Positions 8,571 through 16,548 of a DNA stretch of 32,000 bases are shown one piece after another. The DNA is from Methanobacteriota archaeon (GTDB taxonomy: Archaea; Halobacteriota; Bog-38; Methanoflorentales; Methanoflorentaceae): positions 109,231 to 141,230 of the forward strand of contig CAVRAO010000006.1 in assembly GCA_963719035.1 (NCBI GenBank). The letters are read 5' to 3'. Position 1 is the first letter of the stretch. Every line of letters starts with the position of its first letter. The translations under genes were made by a program, and so were the position numbers. The notes beneath the pieces are model-generated. The model ran no database searches, was not told the origin of the DNA, and saw only the letters and a program-made list of their open reading frames with translations.

Positions 8571-9605
8571 ATGGGCGATAACATCTTCATCAGCTACTCT
8601 TCAAAAAATAAGGCCATCGCTGACGCCGTTTGTCATAAGCTTGAAGAACGGAAGATGAAATGCTGGATTGCGCCTCGTGACATCCTGCCTGGTGCAAATT
8701 ACGCTGAAGAGCTCATTAATGCTATTGATAACAGCAAGCTCTTTGTGCTCATTTTTTCCAAAGACTCGAACCAGTCACAACACGTGCTTCGAGAGTGCGA
8801 GCGCGCCGTCTCCCACGGGATTCCTATCATTCCGTTCCGCATAGAGGACGTGCTTCCCGGCGCTGCGCTGCAATACTTCATCGGGCCACAGCATTGGCTC
8901 GATGCGATAACTGCGCCGTGTGACGCTCATATAAATCGCCTCGCTGATACTGTTAACATTCTCCTTACCCAAGAAGACCTCACGCAGAAGAGCGCCGGCG
9001 AAATGCTCGCTGATGCCGAAGCGCTCGCGGTACAGCGGCAACAACAGGTCACAAAGATGAAGCGGACCACGATGGTGCTCGCTGCCGCGATAGTCGTGCT
9101 CGCCGTTATCGGCGGTGGGTGGTTTATTTCTCAACAGATGAGTCAGGCGAGCATGAACCTCGTGCCGTATGTGAACGCTGCTGCTGGATTCAAGATGGAA
9201 GCCCCGCAAGGATGGGAAAAGGTTGATCGGACACCCACTACCGACAATCCAATAGCAGCGATTTTCTATTTGCCGACGAATAATAAGTCCGAACAAGTTA
9301 ACATCATAGTGACGCCGGCAGAAGGTGCCGACTTTGATAAGGTGACGACGACTAACCTGGATAACGCACAAACGTTGGTGGACAATAAAAAGATCGACAT
9401 GATCGAGTCAAGCGAAACCACGTTAGGCGGTCAGACGGCGTACAAGATCGTCTACAACAATAATGCCGCCGGCTTGAGGAGTATGCAAATCTGGACCGTC
9501 AAAAACGATACGGTCTACCAATTCACTTATAACGCGCAGCCACAGCACTACAACGATTATATTGCGACCGTCCAAAAGATGGTCGACTCGTTCCAAATCA
9601 CGTAA
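8571..9605 (+). CDS. TIR domain - single TM - extracytoplasmic PsbP/DUF1795-like domain protein
   Basis: The N-terminus is IFISYSSKNKAIADAVCHKLEERKMKCWIAPRDILPGANYAEELINAIDNSKLFVLIFSKDSNQSQHVLRECERAV, a TIR_2-type pattern whose S-x-[WH]-V-x-x-E glutamate (E75) is retained. The TM helix is TTMVLAAAIVVLAVIGGGWFI. The C-terminal ~150 aa (FKMEAPQGWEKVD..VNIIVTPAEG..TLGGQTAYKIVY..VYQFTYNAQ..VDSFQI) resembles the PsbP/Mog1-like sensor fold. Confidence 0.7.
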   Translation: MGDNIFISYSSKNKAIADAVCHKLEERKMKCWIAPRDILPGANYAEELINAIDNSKLFVLIFSKDSNQSQHVLRECERAVSHGIPIIPFRIEDVLPGAALQYFIGPQHWLDAITAPCDAHINRLADTVNILLTQEDLTQKSAGEMLADAEALAVQRQQQVTKMKRTTMVLAAAIVVLAVIGGGWFISQQMSQASMNLVPYVNAAAGFKMEAPQGWEKVDRTPTTDNPIAAIFYLPTNNKSEQVNIIVTPAEGADFDKVTTTNLDNAQTLVDNKKIDMIESSETTLGGQTAYKIVYNNNAAGLRSMQIWTVKNDTVYQFTYNAQPQHYNDYIATVQKMVDSFQIT

Positions 9606-9607
9606 TT

Positions 9608-9643
9608 GGCGCGCGCGCCACGGAAGGTGCCTTTTTCTTTCTC
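9608..9643 (+). terminator. Possible terminator of the TIR gene: GC palindrome followed by a T-rich run
   Basis: GGCGCGCGCGCC (9608-9619) sits 3 nt after the stop and is followed by GGTGCCTTTTTCTTTCTC. Oligo-T tracts are archaeal termination signals. Confidence 0.3.
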
Positions 9644-9919
9644 AACTCACTATTTGGACATTTGCCTTCGCTTTAAACATCAGTTAAAAGGCGCCAAGGC
9701 GGTTCACGATCCAGCGGGCTTATCCAATTGTTTAGTTCATGTGGGGTCGCTGACTTAATAGGCTCGACGGTCACTTTAGCGGCTAGCGTTATGTCTATGC
9801 GTAAACGGCATAGCGGCGTTCAACAGAAACGTTTATGAGGGTAAACTCTGTCTTTTTTCCGCATGGTGCTGCGCTTTGCAGCAACAGCTACGTTACGTAA
9901 TTTTCACAAGGCGATCAAG

Positions 9920-11295
9920 ATGAATGACGACAGCAACTTAAAAAGCCTCCTTGCTGATTTAGGGAGTTCGGAATGGCACACGAGAGTTGAGGCCGTGCGA
10001 GCGCTCCGTAAGCTCGGCGACAAGCGTGCCGTGGAGCCCGTCATTGGTACGTTGAGCGACGAAAACAAGGTGGTGCGCAAGTACGCGGCATACACGCTCG
10101 ACAAGCTCGGCGACAAGCGTGCCGTGGAGCCGCTTATAACCACGCTAAGCGACGAGAGCACGAGCGTTAGGAGCATGGCAGCTCAATCACTCGGCCACCT
10201 CGGCGATGCGCGGGCCGTTGAGCCGCTTATAGATTCCTTGAACGACGAGGAATGGCTCGTTCGCGATGCAGCAGCACATGCGCTCAGTCACCTCGCCGAC
10301 AAGCGTGCCGTGGAGCCGCTCCTTACTGCAATCAACGACGAGCACTGGTTCGTTCGCGAAGCCGCAGTGCGCGCTGTTAGCAAGTTGGATGATGAACGGG
10401 CCCTGGAACCGCTCATTTCCGAGGCGTTTAATGACGAGCACTGGTTCGTTCGCGAAGCCGCAGTGCAATCGCTCGCATCGCTTGGCGACCCGCGGGCCGT
10501 TGAACCACTCATCACGATTGTGACGAGTCCAAAAAGCGACGCGGAGAGAAGTACCATGGGCGACATATACGTTCGAAAGGCGGCGGCACAGGCGCTGGGC
10601 ACGCTCCACGATAAACGAGCTATGGAACCGCTCATTGTCGCGTTGACCGACGAGTACCCGTAGTTCGTGAAGAAGCAGCCCGTGGTCTCGGTCAGCTCCA
10701 CGATAAACGCCCTGTTACTCGACTTATCCGCGCGTTGGACGATGAATATTGGACCGTCCGCGAAGCAGTAGCACGCAGTCTTGGCCAGATTAATGACGAC
10801 CGGGCCGAAGACGCCCTCTTTGACACCGCTGTGGGCAACCGGCCCTGGATTCGTGACCTGGATGACCAGGACAAGTACGTGCGCAGTGTGGCGACACACT
10901 CCCTCTGGAAAATGGGCGATATGCGCGCCATCGATGCGCTGATCGACAACCTGCAGAGCGAGGATCGCTTTGTGCGCAAAGCCGCAGCTGAAACGCTTGG
11001 GGAGCTCGGTGACAACCGCGCGGTTGATCCGCTCGTTGATGTTCTCGCCAATTCTGATAGCAACGACCGAGCGCACGCAGCTGACGCGTTAGGCAAGATC
11101 GGCGATGCGCGGGCCGTTGAGCCGCTGATCCACGCCTTAGGCAATGAAAATTCGTCAGTTCGTAACTACGCAGCTTACGCCCTCGGTCAACTCAAAGATC
11201 CGCGGGCGATCGATCCGCTCACTCGAGCTTCTAATGATGTTGACATCGACGTCCGAGATTCCGCTGCTCACGCATTGTGGAGGCTTCAACGCTGA
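9920..11295 (+). pseudogene. PBS-lyase-type HEAT-repeat protein (~14 repeats) with one frameshift
   Basis: Contains repeated units of the form W-x-VR-x-x-A-x-x-AL-G-x-L-GD-x-RAVEPLI. The ORF 9863-10663 stops at TAG 10661. Shifting one frame at about 10650-10660 (TACCCGTAG) continues a clean HEAT unit (PVVREEAARGLGQLHDKR..LDDEYWTVREAVARSLGQI) into ORF 10735-11295. The likely start is ATG 9920 (MNDDSNLKSLL). Confidence 0.75.
10013..10466 (+). repeat. Near-identical intragenic DNA repeats (HEAT-unit duplications)
   Basis: The 26-nt CTCGGCGACAAGCGTGCCGTGGAGCC occurs at 10013-10038 and 10106-10131, and with 1 mismatch at 10292-10317. The 34-nt GACGAGCACTGGTTCGTTCGCGAAGCCGCAGTGC is identical at 10337-10370 and 10433-10466. 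The offsets of 93 and 96 nt equal one HEAT unit. Confidence 0.9.
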
Positions 11296-11451
11296 AGAGA
11301 GTGTCTCTCGCTTATAGTCGCGCGACTTATTCGTACCTCGACCGCGGGCCCCCCTCAAGACCTATTTAGCCCGCTTTAGGTAAACAACGTTCTTTTTAAG
11401 GCGCGGTTTGAATAAGAGCCCAGAGCAGAAGTGGTCAGAAAAGTTAATCAA

Positions 11452-11500
11452 AAAAAGACCTGCAAAATCTTCCTCAAGCGGCGCACAAACTGCTGTGCGC
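11452..11500 (-). terminator. Hairpin plus T-run downstream of the flavodoxin-like gene
   Basis: GGCGCACA-aactgc-TGTGCGCC is a perfect 8-bp stem at 11479-11500, about 27 nt past the minus-strand stop. It is followed on the minus strand by T7 (the A7 run at 11452-11458 on +). The region lies between convergent genes. Confidence 0.4.
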
Positions 11501-11526
11501 CAAGTTTAGGCTACATGTCGTTTCTC

Positions 11527-12037
11527 TCACGCCGCAGAAGCTTTGATTCCCTTCTCAAGAGTTGAGACAAAGTTCTGGACCGTTGGGATGTGTTTTCCTT
11601 TTACAACCTCTTTCGTTGTCGTGTAGAAAGTCGCGACCGGAGGCTTACCGGCGAGTTCCTGCATATCCTGCAGCGTGGTCTTATTCCCAGAGAAGTCATA
11701 AGTGCAGAAGAACGCAGCGTTTTTTACTTTGCCAGCGTTTTGCACCATGTTACGTCCTAAGTGCACTGGCCACTGTATACGCCCATACCGGGCCGCCAAG
11801 TATTACGACGTCATACGACGAGGGATCGTACATCGTCGGCTTGATCGGAACCTCTTTCTTTTCTGTCGACTCTTGGTAAGAGAGTTTGTAGCCTGCAGTG
11901 CCCGCTCGATTGGTGGGATCGATGAGTTCCTCTAAGTCACATTTGAACGCCGTCTGTTGTCCAATAGTGCTCATAACCGTTCTCGCAACCTTTCTTGCCG
12001 TTCCGGTTCTAGAATAGTATGCGATGAGGCACTTCAT
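11527..12037 (-). pseudogene. Flavodoxin-like fold protein, one frameshift
   Basis: MKCLIAYYSRTGTARKVA..YDVVILGGPVWAY (ORF 11750-12037) continues in another frame as WPVHLGRNMVQNAGKVKNAAFFCTYDFSG..(ORF 11527-11799). The frame change is at about 11770-11785. Confidence 0.6.
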
Positions 12038-12214
12038 AAGTTTAGACGGTGCCTGAAATCCTATTTAACTTTTTCTAGACCGACCCAATCCTGGATTTAT
12101 CGCAAAAAGAACGAGTTGTAACTGCAGCACTGTTGGACACTGTTATCGCTGAACGCGACCCGCACCGCTCGAGTGATCGGGGACACCTGTGATCAGCGGC
12201 CGCGCCTTTAAACG

Positions 12215-12742
12215 TTAAGCTAGCAATGCCTTTCGCACTTCCCGCGCGTTTTCCTGGCTCGTCAGCACTGTTACAAGATCGATAGCAAAGTCGATGGCGG
12301 TTCCCGGTCCCTGGCTCGTGATGATCTTGCCGAAGTGCACTACCCGCTCTTCAACACGTCGCGCGCCCGCGATTTCGATTCCTGGAAAGCACGTCGCCGT
12401 CGCCCCTTCCATGATTCCTGCAACGCCGAGCACGTGCGGCGCAGCGCAAATCGCACCGACGTATTTGCCTGCGTCGTATGCTGCGCGTATAAGCTTCAAT
12501 ACGCGTTGATCGCGTTCGAGGTTGATATAACCGGGGTTCCCCCCTGGAAGGACCAAGGCGTCATACGTCTTGACGTCGTCGATAGAGAGGTCCGTCATCA
12601 CCTTGATCCCGTGCCCACCTTCTATAGGCGAAGGGGCTATACCAGCAAGGAGGACCGATATGCCCGCACGGCGAAGGACGTCAACAATCGTGACCGTCTC
12701 GAGTTCTTCAAATCCTGGGGCAAGAAGGACAACTACATTCAT
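12215..12742 (-). CDS. DJ-1/PfpI (ThiJ) family protein
   Basis: 175 aa. Motifs are VVVLLAPGFEELETVTIVDVLRRAG, ALVLPGG and the nucleophile elbow GAICAAPHVL. The length and order of motifs are typical of the DJ-1 family. Confidence 0.85.
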   Translation of the reverse strand: MNVVVLLAPGFEELETVTIVDVLRRAGISVLLAGIAPSPIEGGHGIKVMTDLSIDDVKTYDALVLPGGNPGYINLERDQRVLKLIRAAYDAGKYVGAICAAPHVLGVAGIMEGATATCFPGIEIAGARRVEERVVHFGKIITSQGPGTAIDFAIDLVTVLTSQENAREVRKALLA

Positions 12743-12852
12743 AGGTCCCTCTCAGGCCTCTAGGCTCTTAAGCGTTTTTAACTCTGCGCAGGTCCTTCTT
12801 CCTACAACCAAGGCTATAAGTAAGGTCGCTCATCCTCTGTCGAGGCAATGCG

Positions 12853-13153
12853 ATGCTAGAGATTATAGTTCAAGAGATTCGAGGGACATGCCCGGTGCAT
12901 TCAAAAGGGGATCGTATCGTCATTAGCGGGCCCAATATCGGTACTAGCGGAAAGCGACGCGCTCTGCACCCACGCGCTCTCAACCCTTCTCCACTACACG
13001 ACCGTCCTCGAACATGCGTGGTGCCCTGTTGATCTCGGCCTGACAACGCCCGAAGACCCTTCGCATGCCTATATGCAGTGTGTAGACCCGGGGCCGCCGT
13101 ATACGAAAGGTGGAACGGTCATCTTTAGGTGTCAGCAAATAGTAGGTAAGTGA
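12853..13153 (+). pseudogene. Small conserved Cys-containing protein (TIGR04076-like), one frameshift
   Basis: The ATG 12853 reading MLEIIVQEIRGTCPVHSKGDRIVISGPNI loses sense after about 12937-12943. The +1 frame continues VLAESDALCTHALSTLLHYTTVLEHAWCPVDLGLTTPEDPSHAYMQCVDPGPPYTKGGTVIFRCQQIVGK to TGA 13151-13153. The family name is from memory only. Confidence 0.45.
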
Positions 13154-13392
13154 GAGTATATCAGAGCACGTGTGTGCCGAAAGACGGATGTTTTCACCGT
13201 CTGTTACCGTTGAAACGACGTATAACTAAGGCTTCTCTTGCTTAACTGGCAGACAGGTAATAAGTTCTGACAGCGTGCTTCAAGTTTTCGGCAGCTTTCG
13301 GGCTCGCGCTGCGTGGAATCACTGGAACGGAAAACGTTTAATGGTTTCGCGTACACTTACTCCCGCTTCACGTGTAGGGGAAAGCAGTGCAT

Positions 13393-13932
13393 ATGGCGTC
13401 GCGAAAGTTGAAAGCAGTGCTCGCAGCAGCTGTGATAGCAACCGTTCTCACAAGCGGCTGTTTGTCTTCCCTTCCGTCAGGCTCCACCCCTACAGCCACG
13501 CCACAAGATTTATCCGCATCGTACGATGCTTCCTTCGTTCTGAGCGGCTGGCGTGCTGTTAGTAAATTCACTCAAATAAAGCCCAAAACCTATGTGGGCG
13601 CTTATGCAGATGCAAAAGGGCAAAAATGGAACTTCACAGTCGAACTATTTTCAGCCGAAAACAATTCATACGACAGGTATTTCGAGCTTATGAAAAAGAG
13701 GAGTGACGAGGGGTATATCAAAACGTCCGAATCGAAGATAGCGCTCGGAACCGGTCACACTGTCTTTGGGAGAATTGACGAGAAATGGTACGGCTACAAA
13801 GCAAGCGATTCAGCAAACCCCGCATTATATGCGTTGTTCTTTGGATATGATGAGACCGCTGAAAGCTGGGTGGTGGCAACTGCCTCAAGCGGTGCGATGA
13901 TCATGACACAGACTACTACCGCGTCGTCTTAA
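13393..13932 (+). CDS. Secreted protein / possible lipoprotein, unknown function
   Basis: MASRKLKAVLAAAVIATVLTSGC is a signal peptide followed by Cys. A T/S/P-rich stretch follows, then a globular ~140-aa domain. Confidence 0.6.
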   Translation: MASRKLKAVLAAAVIATVLTSGCLSSLPSGSTPTATPQDLSASYDASFVLSGWRAVSKFTQIKPKTYVGAYADAKGQKWNFTVELFSAENNSYDRYFELMKKRSDEGYIKTSESKIALGTGHTVFGRIDEKWYGYKASDSANPALYALFFGYDETAESWVVATASSGAMIMTQTTTASS

Positions 13933-13970
13933 CTGCCCGTTAAATGCAAAAAACTCCGACCTAAGACACA

Positions 13971-14015
13971 GAGGAGGACACCAGAGAGGAGGACACTAGA
14001 GAGGAGGACACCAGA
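13971..14015. repeat. 15-bp tandem repeat x3 (GAGGAGGACACYAGA) in a convergent intergenic region
   Basis: Units are at 13971-13985, 13986-14000 (one C>T) and 14001-14015, with partial matches on both flanks. No start codon opens the frame that reads through it. Confidence 0.9.
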
Positions 14016-14092
14016 GAGACGGCAGCCGCTTTCATTTTCAGCGCGGATCAACGCAGCAGTTCAGACCCATATCGGCTTGATGCGTTCCTGAC

Positions 14093-14359
14093 CTAGTACG
14101 CGTAACTGGATTCCTTCCACCCGTACGTATCGTGAAGACTCATCCACGTCCGAATCTTCGCGACTATTAGATAAACGTGGTTCCGCACCCGCTCCGGGAT
14201 TGTAACGTCGTACATTCTATCCTGGAGGTATTGAAATGCCTCACCACTGTGAGAGCACCTCTGCATGAGCTTTTCGACAGCGTTCTCCGCACCCTTGCCC
14301 GACAAGTCGCCGAGTTCAAAAAGCAACTCATCCACTTCGGCAAAGTCTTTAAACATCAC
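14093..14359 (-). CDS. Hypothetical protein (88 aa)
   Basis: The ORF has a protein-like helical composition (FAEVDELLFELGDLSGKGAENAVEKLMQR). No domain was recognised. Confidence 0.4.
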   Translation of the reverse strand: MMFKDFAEVDELLFELGDLSGKGAENAVEKLMQRCSHSGEAFQYLQDRMYDVTIPERVRNHVYLIVAKIRTWMSLHDTYGWKESSYAY

Positions 14360-14552
14360 AAAAAGGTTAAAACCGCTTTAAATAACGGTTTGGTAAGCAC
14401 AGCGCGAAAGTAATATGCTAAAAAAAACATTTTCACACCTTTCGTCAAACTGCTTTCTTGAGTGCTTTGCAGAACTCATTAGTCGAAAATCAAGCAGCTC
14501 TGCTCAAACTGCACGATACTGCTTCAGCGCTTCTCGCTTGAGCCCTGGATGG

Positions 14553-14762
14553 TTATGACGAATCGAGGCCACCAAAATATCGCTTGACAAACTGGTCAGC
14601 TTCTTCGTCTCGCGGTTCAAAAAGAATTCCTTGGTCGCCAGGAAAAGGTACGCGGTGATCATGTTCCCAAGACAGGATTGCCGGCTGGTATACCATCAGG
14701 ATACGCTTCACACGTCGCTCGAGGGAAAGACGACGTCGCGAAAGTGTTTGCATAACGAGCAT
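14553..14762 (-). CDS. Hypothetical small protein (69 aa)
   Basis: Supported by the ORF only. No recognisable motif. Confidence 0.25.
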   Translation of the reverse strand: MLVMQTLSRRRLSLERRVKRILMVYQPAILSWEHDHRVPFPGDQGILFEPRDEEADQFVKRYFGGLDSS

Positions 14763-14911
14763 ATTGGTGTCGCGAGTAAGGTCATGGGGCGATCACTCAT
14801 CTTAACGTGACAAGTGGCAAAAAAACTTTGTATGCCTTTGCACACGTTGCGAAGAATAATCTTGGCGAGTTCCGCTTGAGCGAGCTACAAGTCGCGTACT
14901 AGCTTAAGAGG

Positions 14912-14925
14912 ATTTTTTATATAGA
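14912..14925 (+). promoter_or_regulatory. TATA-like box upstream of ppa
   Basis: ATTTTTTATATAGA ends about 30 nt before GTG 14956. This spacing fits an archaeal promoter giving a leaderless or short-leader mRNA. Confidence 0.4.
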
Positions 14926-14955
14926 TCGGGCGGGTATAGGGCAGCAGGTGTTAAC

Positions 14956-15486
14956 GTGACTAATTTGTGGAAATCGCTTCCTGTAGGCCCCAACCCACCC
15001 GACGTAGTGTATGCGCTTATCGAGGTGCCAAAGGGGTCGCAGAACAAGTACGAATATGAGAAAGAGCTTGGTATCTTTGCCGTCGACCGCGTGCTATATT
15101 CGCCTGTGCAATATCCAACTGACTACGGGCTCATTCCCCAGACGTACTATGATGATGGAGATCCGTTGGACGTCATGGTGGTAATAGACGAACCAACCTT
15201 CCCTGGTTGCCTCATTGCGGTCAGGCCAATCGGCTTGATGAAGATGATCGATAGCGGCGATAACGATGACAAGGTCTTAGCCGTACCAGATAAAGACCCA
15301 ATGTACGCAGAGGTCAAAGACCTTGAAGACTTACCCCCGCACAAAATGAAAGCGATTGGACACTTTTTTGCAATATATAAACAGCTTGAGGGAAAGACGA
15401 CCGAAGTAGTTGGTTGGGAAGGCGCCGTTAGTGCTAAAAAAGCGATAATGCATTCAATAGAACTCTATAACGATAAATTCGGTTGA
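14956..15486 (+). CDS. ppa: Family I inorganic pyrophosphatase
   Basis: Motifs are EVPKGSQNKYEYEKE, DRVLYSPVQYPTDYGLIPQT, DGDPLDVMVV and the length of 176 aa. All are classic soluble PPase signatures. Confidence 0.95.
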   Translation: MTNLWKSLPVGPNPPDVVYALIEVPKGSQNKYEYEKELGIFAVDRVLYSPVQYPTDYGLIPQTYYDDGDPLDVMVVIDEPTFPGCLIAVRPIGLMKMIDSGDNDDKVLAVPDKDPMYAEVKDLEDLPPHKMKAIGHFFAIYKQLEGKTTEVVGWEGAVSAKKAIMHSIELYNDKFG

Positions 15487-15656
15487 TTGATTTCTCGGCG
15501 TCTACAAGCTCACAAATCTAAGGTTTATTCACGAACCCAAGACTCAAAGCTTAGATCTGGCTCGAGCGTCTCTGATGTGTTAGATCATAAAGCGCGCCGA
15601 GCCGGTCCTACTGTCAAGATTTCATCGTATTAAGACTGTGCAGTGAGACAGGTGTT

Positions 15657-16478
15657 ATGGATATTACACAGCTGATACAGGCAATCGTCCTCGGGATCGT
15701 GCAGGGAGTCACTGAGTGGCTCCCCATAAGCAGCAAGGCGATGGTCTCGCTCGTTATGATAAGATTCTTCAACGCTGATGTCACCCTCTCCGAGGCCGTC
15801 TACTATGCGATCTGGCTTCACCTTGGGACGCTCTTTGCGGTCATCCTTTTTTACAGGGTCCAAGTCGTGCAAATCGTCAGAAACCTTCCCCATTATCTCT
15901 CCAACGTGCGCTCCCCGAGTGCCTATAACCGGCTTACGACGTTCTTGATAATTGCTACGTTTTGTACAGGACTCATCGGCGCCCCGCTGATCGTCTTCGG
16001 ATTAGACAAAATCCACATCACAGGCAGCGTTGCCTTTTTCTTCATCGGCGTTCTGCTCATCGTGACAGGCATCTTCCAAAAGCTCGCTCGAAGAACGGTG
16101 AGTGCGAACAAGAGTATGTCAGTCAAGGATGCATTGCTCGTCGGCGTCATTCAGGGATTTGCCGCCCTCCCTGGACTAAGTCGATCGGGTCTCACGGTCT
16201 CCACGTTGCTGCTACGCCGATATGCGCCGACAGACGCACTCAATCTCAGCTTCCTTCTCTATATCCCGGCCGTTATCGGCGCTGAGATCGGTTTGCAGAT
16301 CCTAAAGGGGGGTATTTATTATAACGCGTATGCGCTCCTAGCCGTCGTCGTCGCCTTCGCCTTTGGATTGCTGACAATAAACGTCCTTCTTAAGATCGCT
16401 GAACGCATCGATTTCAGCTACTTTGCGATTTTTATCGGCGTTCTTTGCACGCTGGCTATATTTGTGCCGTTAACTTGA
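15657..16478 (+). CDS. uppP: Undecaprenyl/polyprenyl-diphosphate phosphatase (BacA/UppP family)
   Basis: 273 aa with about 8 TM segments. Contains GVTEWLPISSKAM and the SRSG motif (PGLSRSGLT), both characteristic of UppP. Confidence 0.9.
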   Translation: MDITQLIQAIVLGIVQGVTEWLPISSKAMVSLVMIRFFNADVTLSEAVYYAIWLHLGTLFAVILFYRVQVVQIVRNLPHYLSNVRSPSAYNRLTTFLIIATFCTGLIGAPLIVFGLDKIHITGSVAFFFIGVLLIVTGIFQKLARRTVSANKSMSVKDALLVGVIQGFAALPGLSRSGLTVSTLLLRRYAPTDALNLSFLLYIPAVIGAEIGLQILKGGIYYNAYALLAVVVAFAFGLLTINVLLKIAERIDFSYFAIFIGVLCTLAIFVPLT

Positions 16479-16548
16479 AGTTCGCAGTTCCGGGACGCAG
16501 ACTCACCGTTGCGAACAATTTAACAACTTAACGTAAGCATCGTCACAC

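Noticed and set aside
10655-10663. The TAG that ends the first HEAT ORF might be read through as pyrrolysine, as occurs in some methanogens
   Set aside because: Reading through TAG in the same frame gives non-HEAT sequence (FVKKQPVVSVSSTINALLL..). Shifting one frame restores perfect HEAT units, so a frameshift explains it better than recoding.
10288-11144. Long minus-strand ORFs (262 aa and 150 aa) antisense to the HEAT-repeat gene
   Set aside because: Their translations are Ser/Arg/Ala-rich and low in complexity, with no motif. The plus strand encodes textbook HEAT units over the same bases, so these are shadow ORFs of a GC-rich repetitive gene.
13948-13960. The 13-mer AAAAAACTCCGAC occurs downstream of two gene ends (13948-13960 and 21645-21657)
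   Set aside because: In 32 kb several exact 13-mer coincidences are expected by chance (rough estimate N^2/2/4^13, about 7). There is no extended similarity around the two copies.
13971-14015. Tandem repeat considered as a mini-CRISPR array
   Set aside because: The units are contiguous with no spacers, only 15 bp long, and no cas genes are present.
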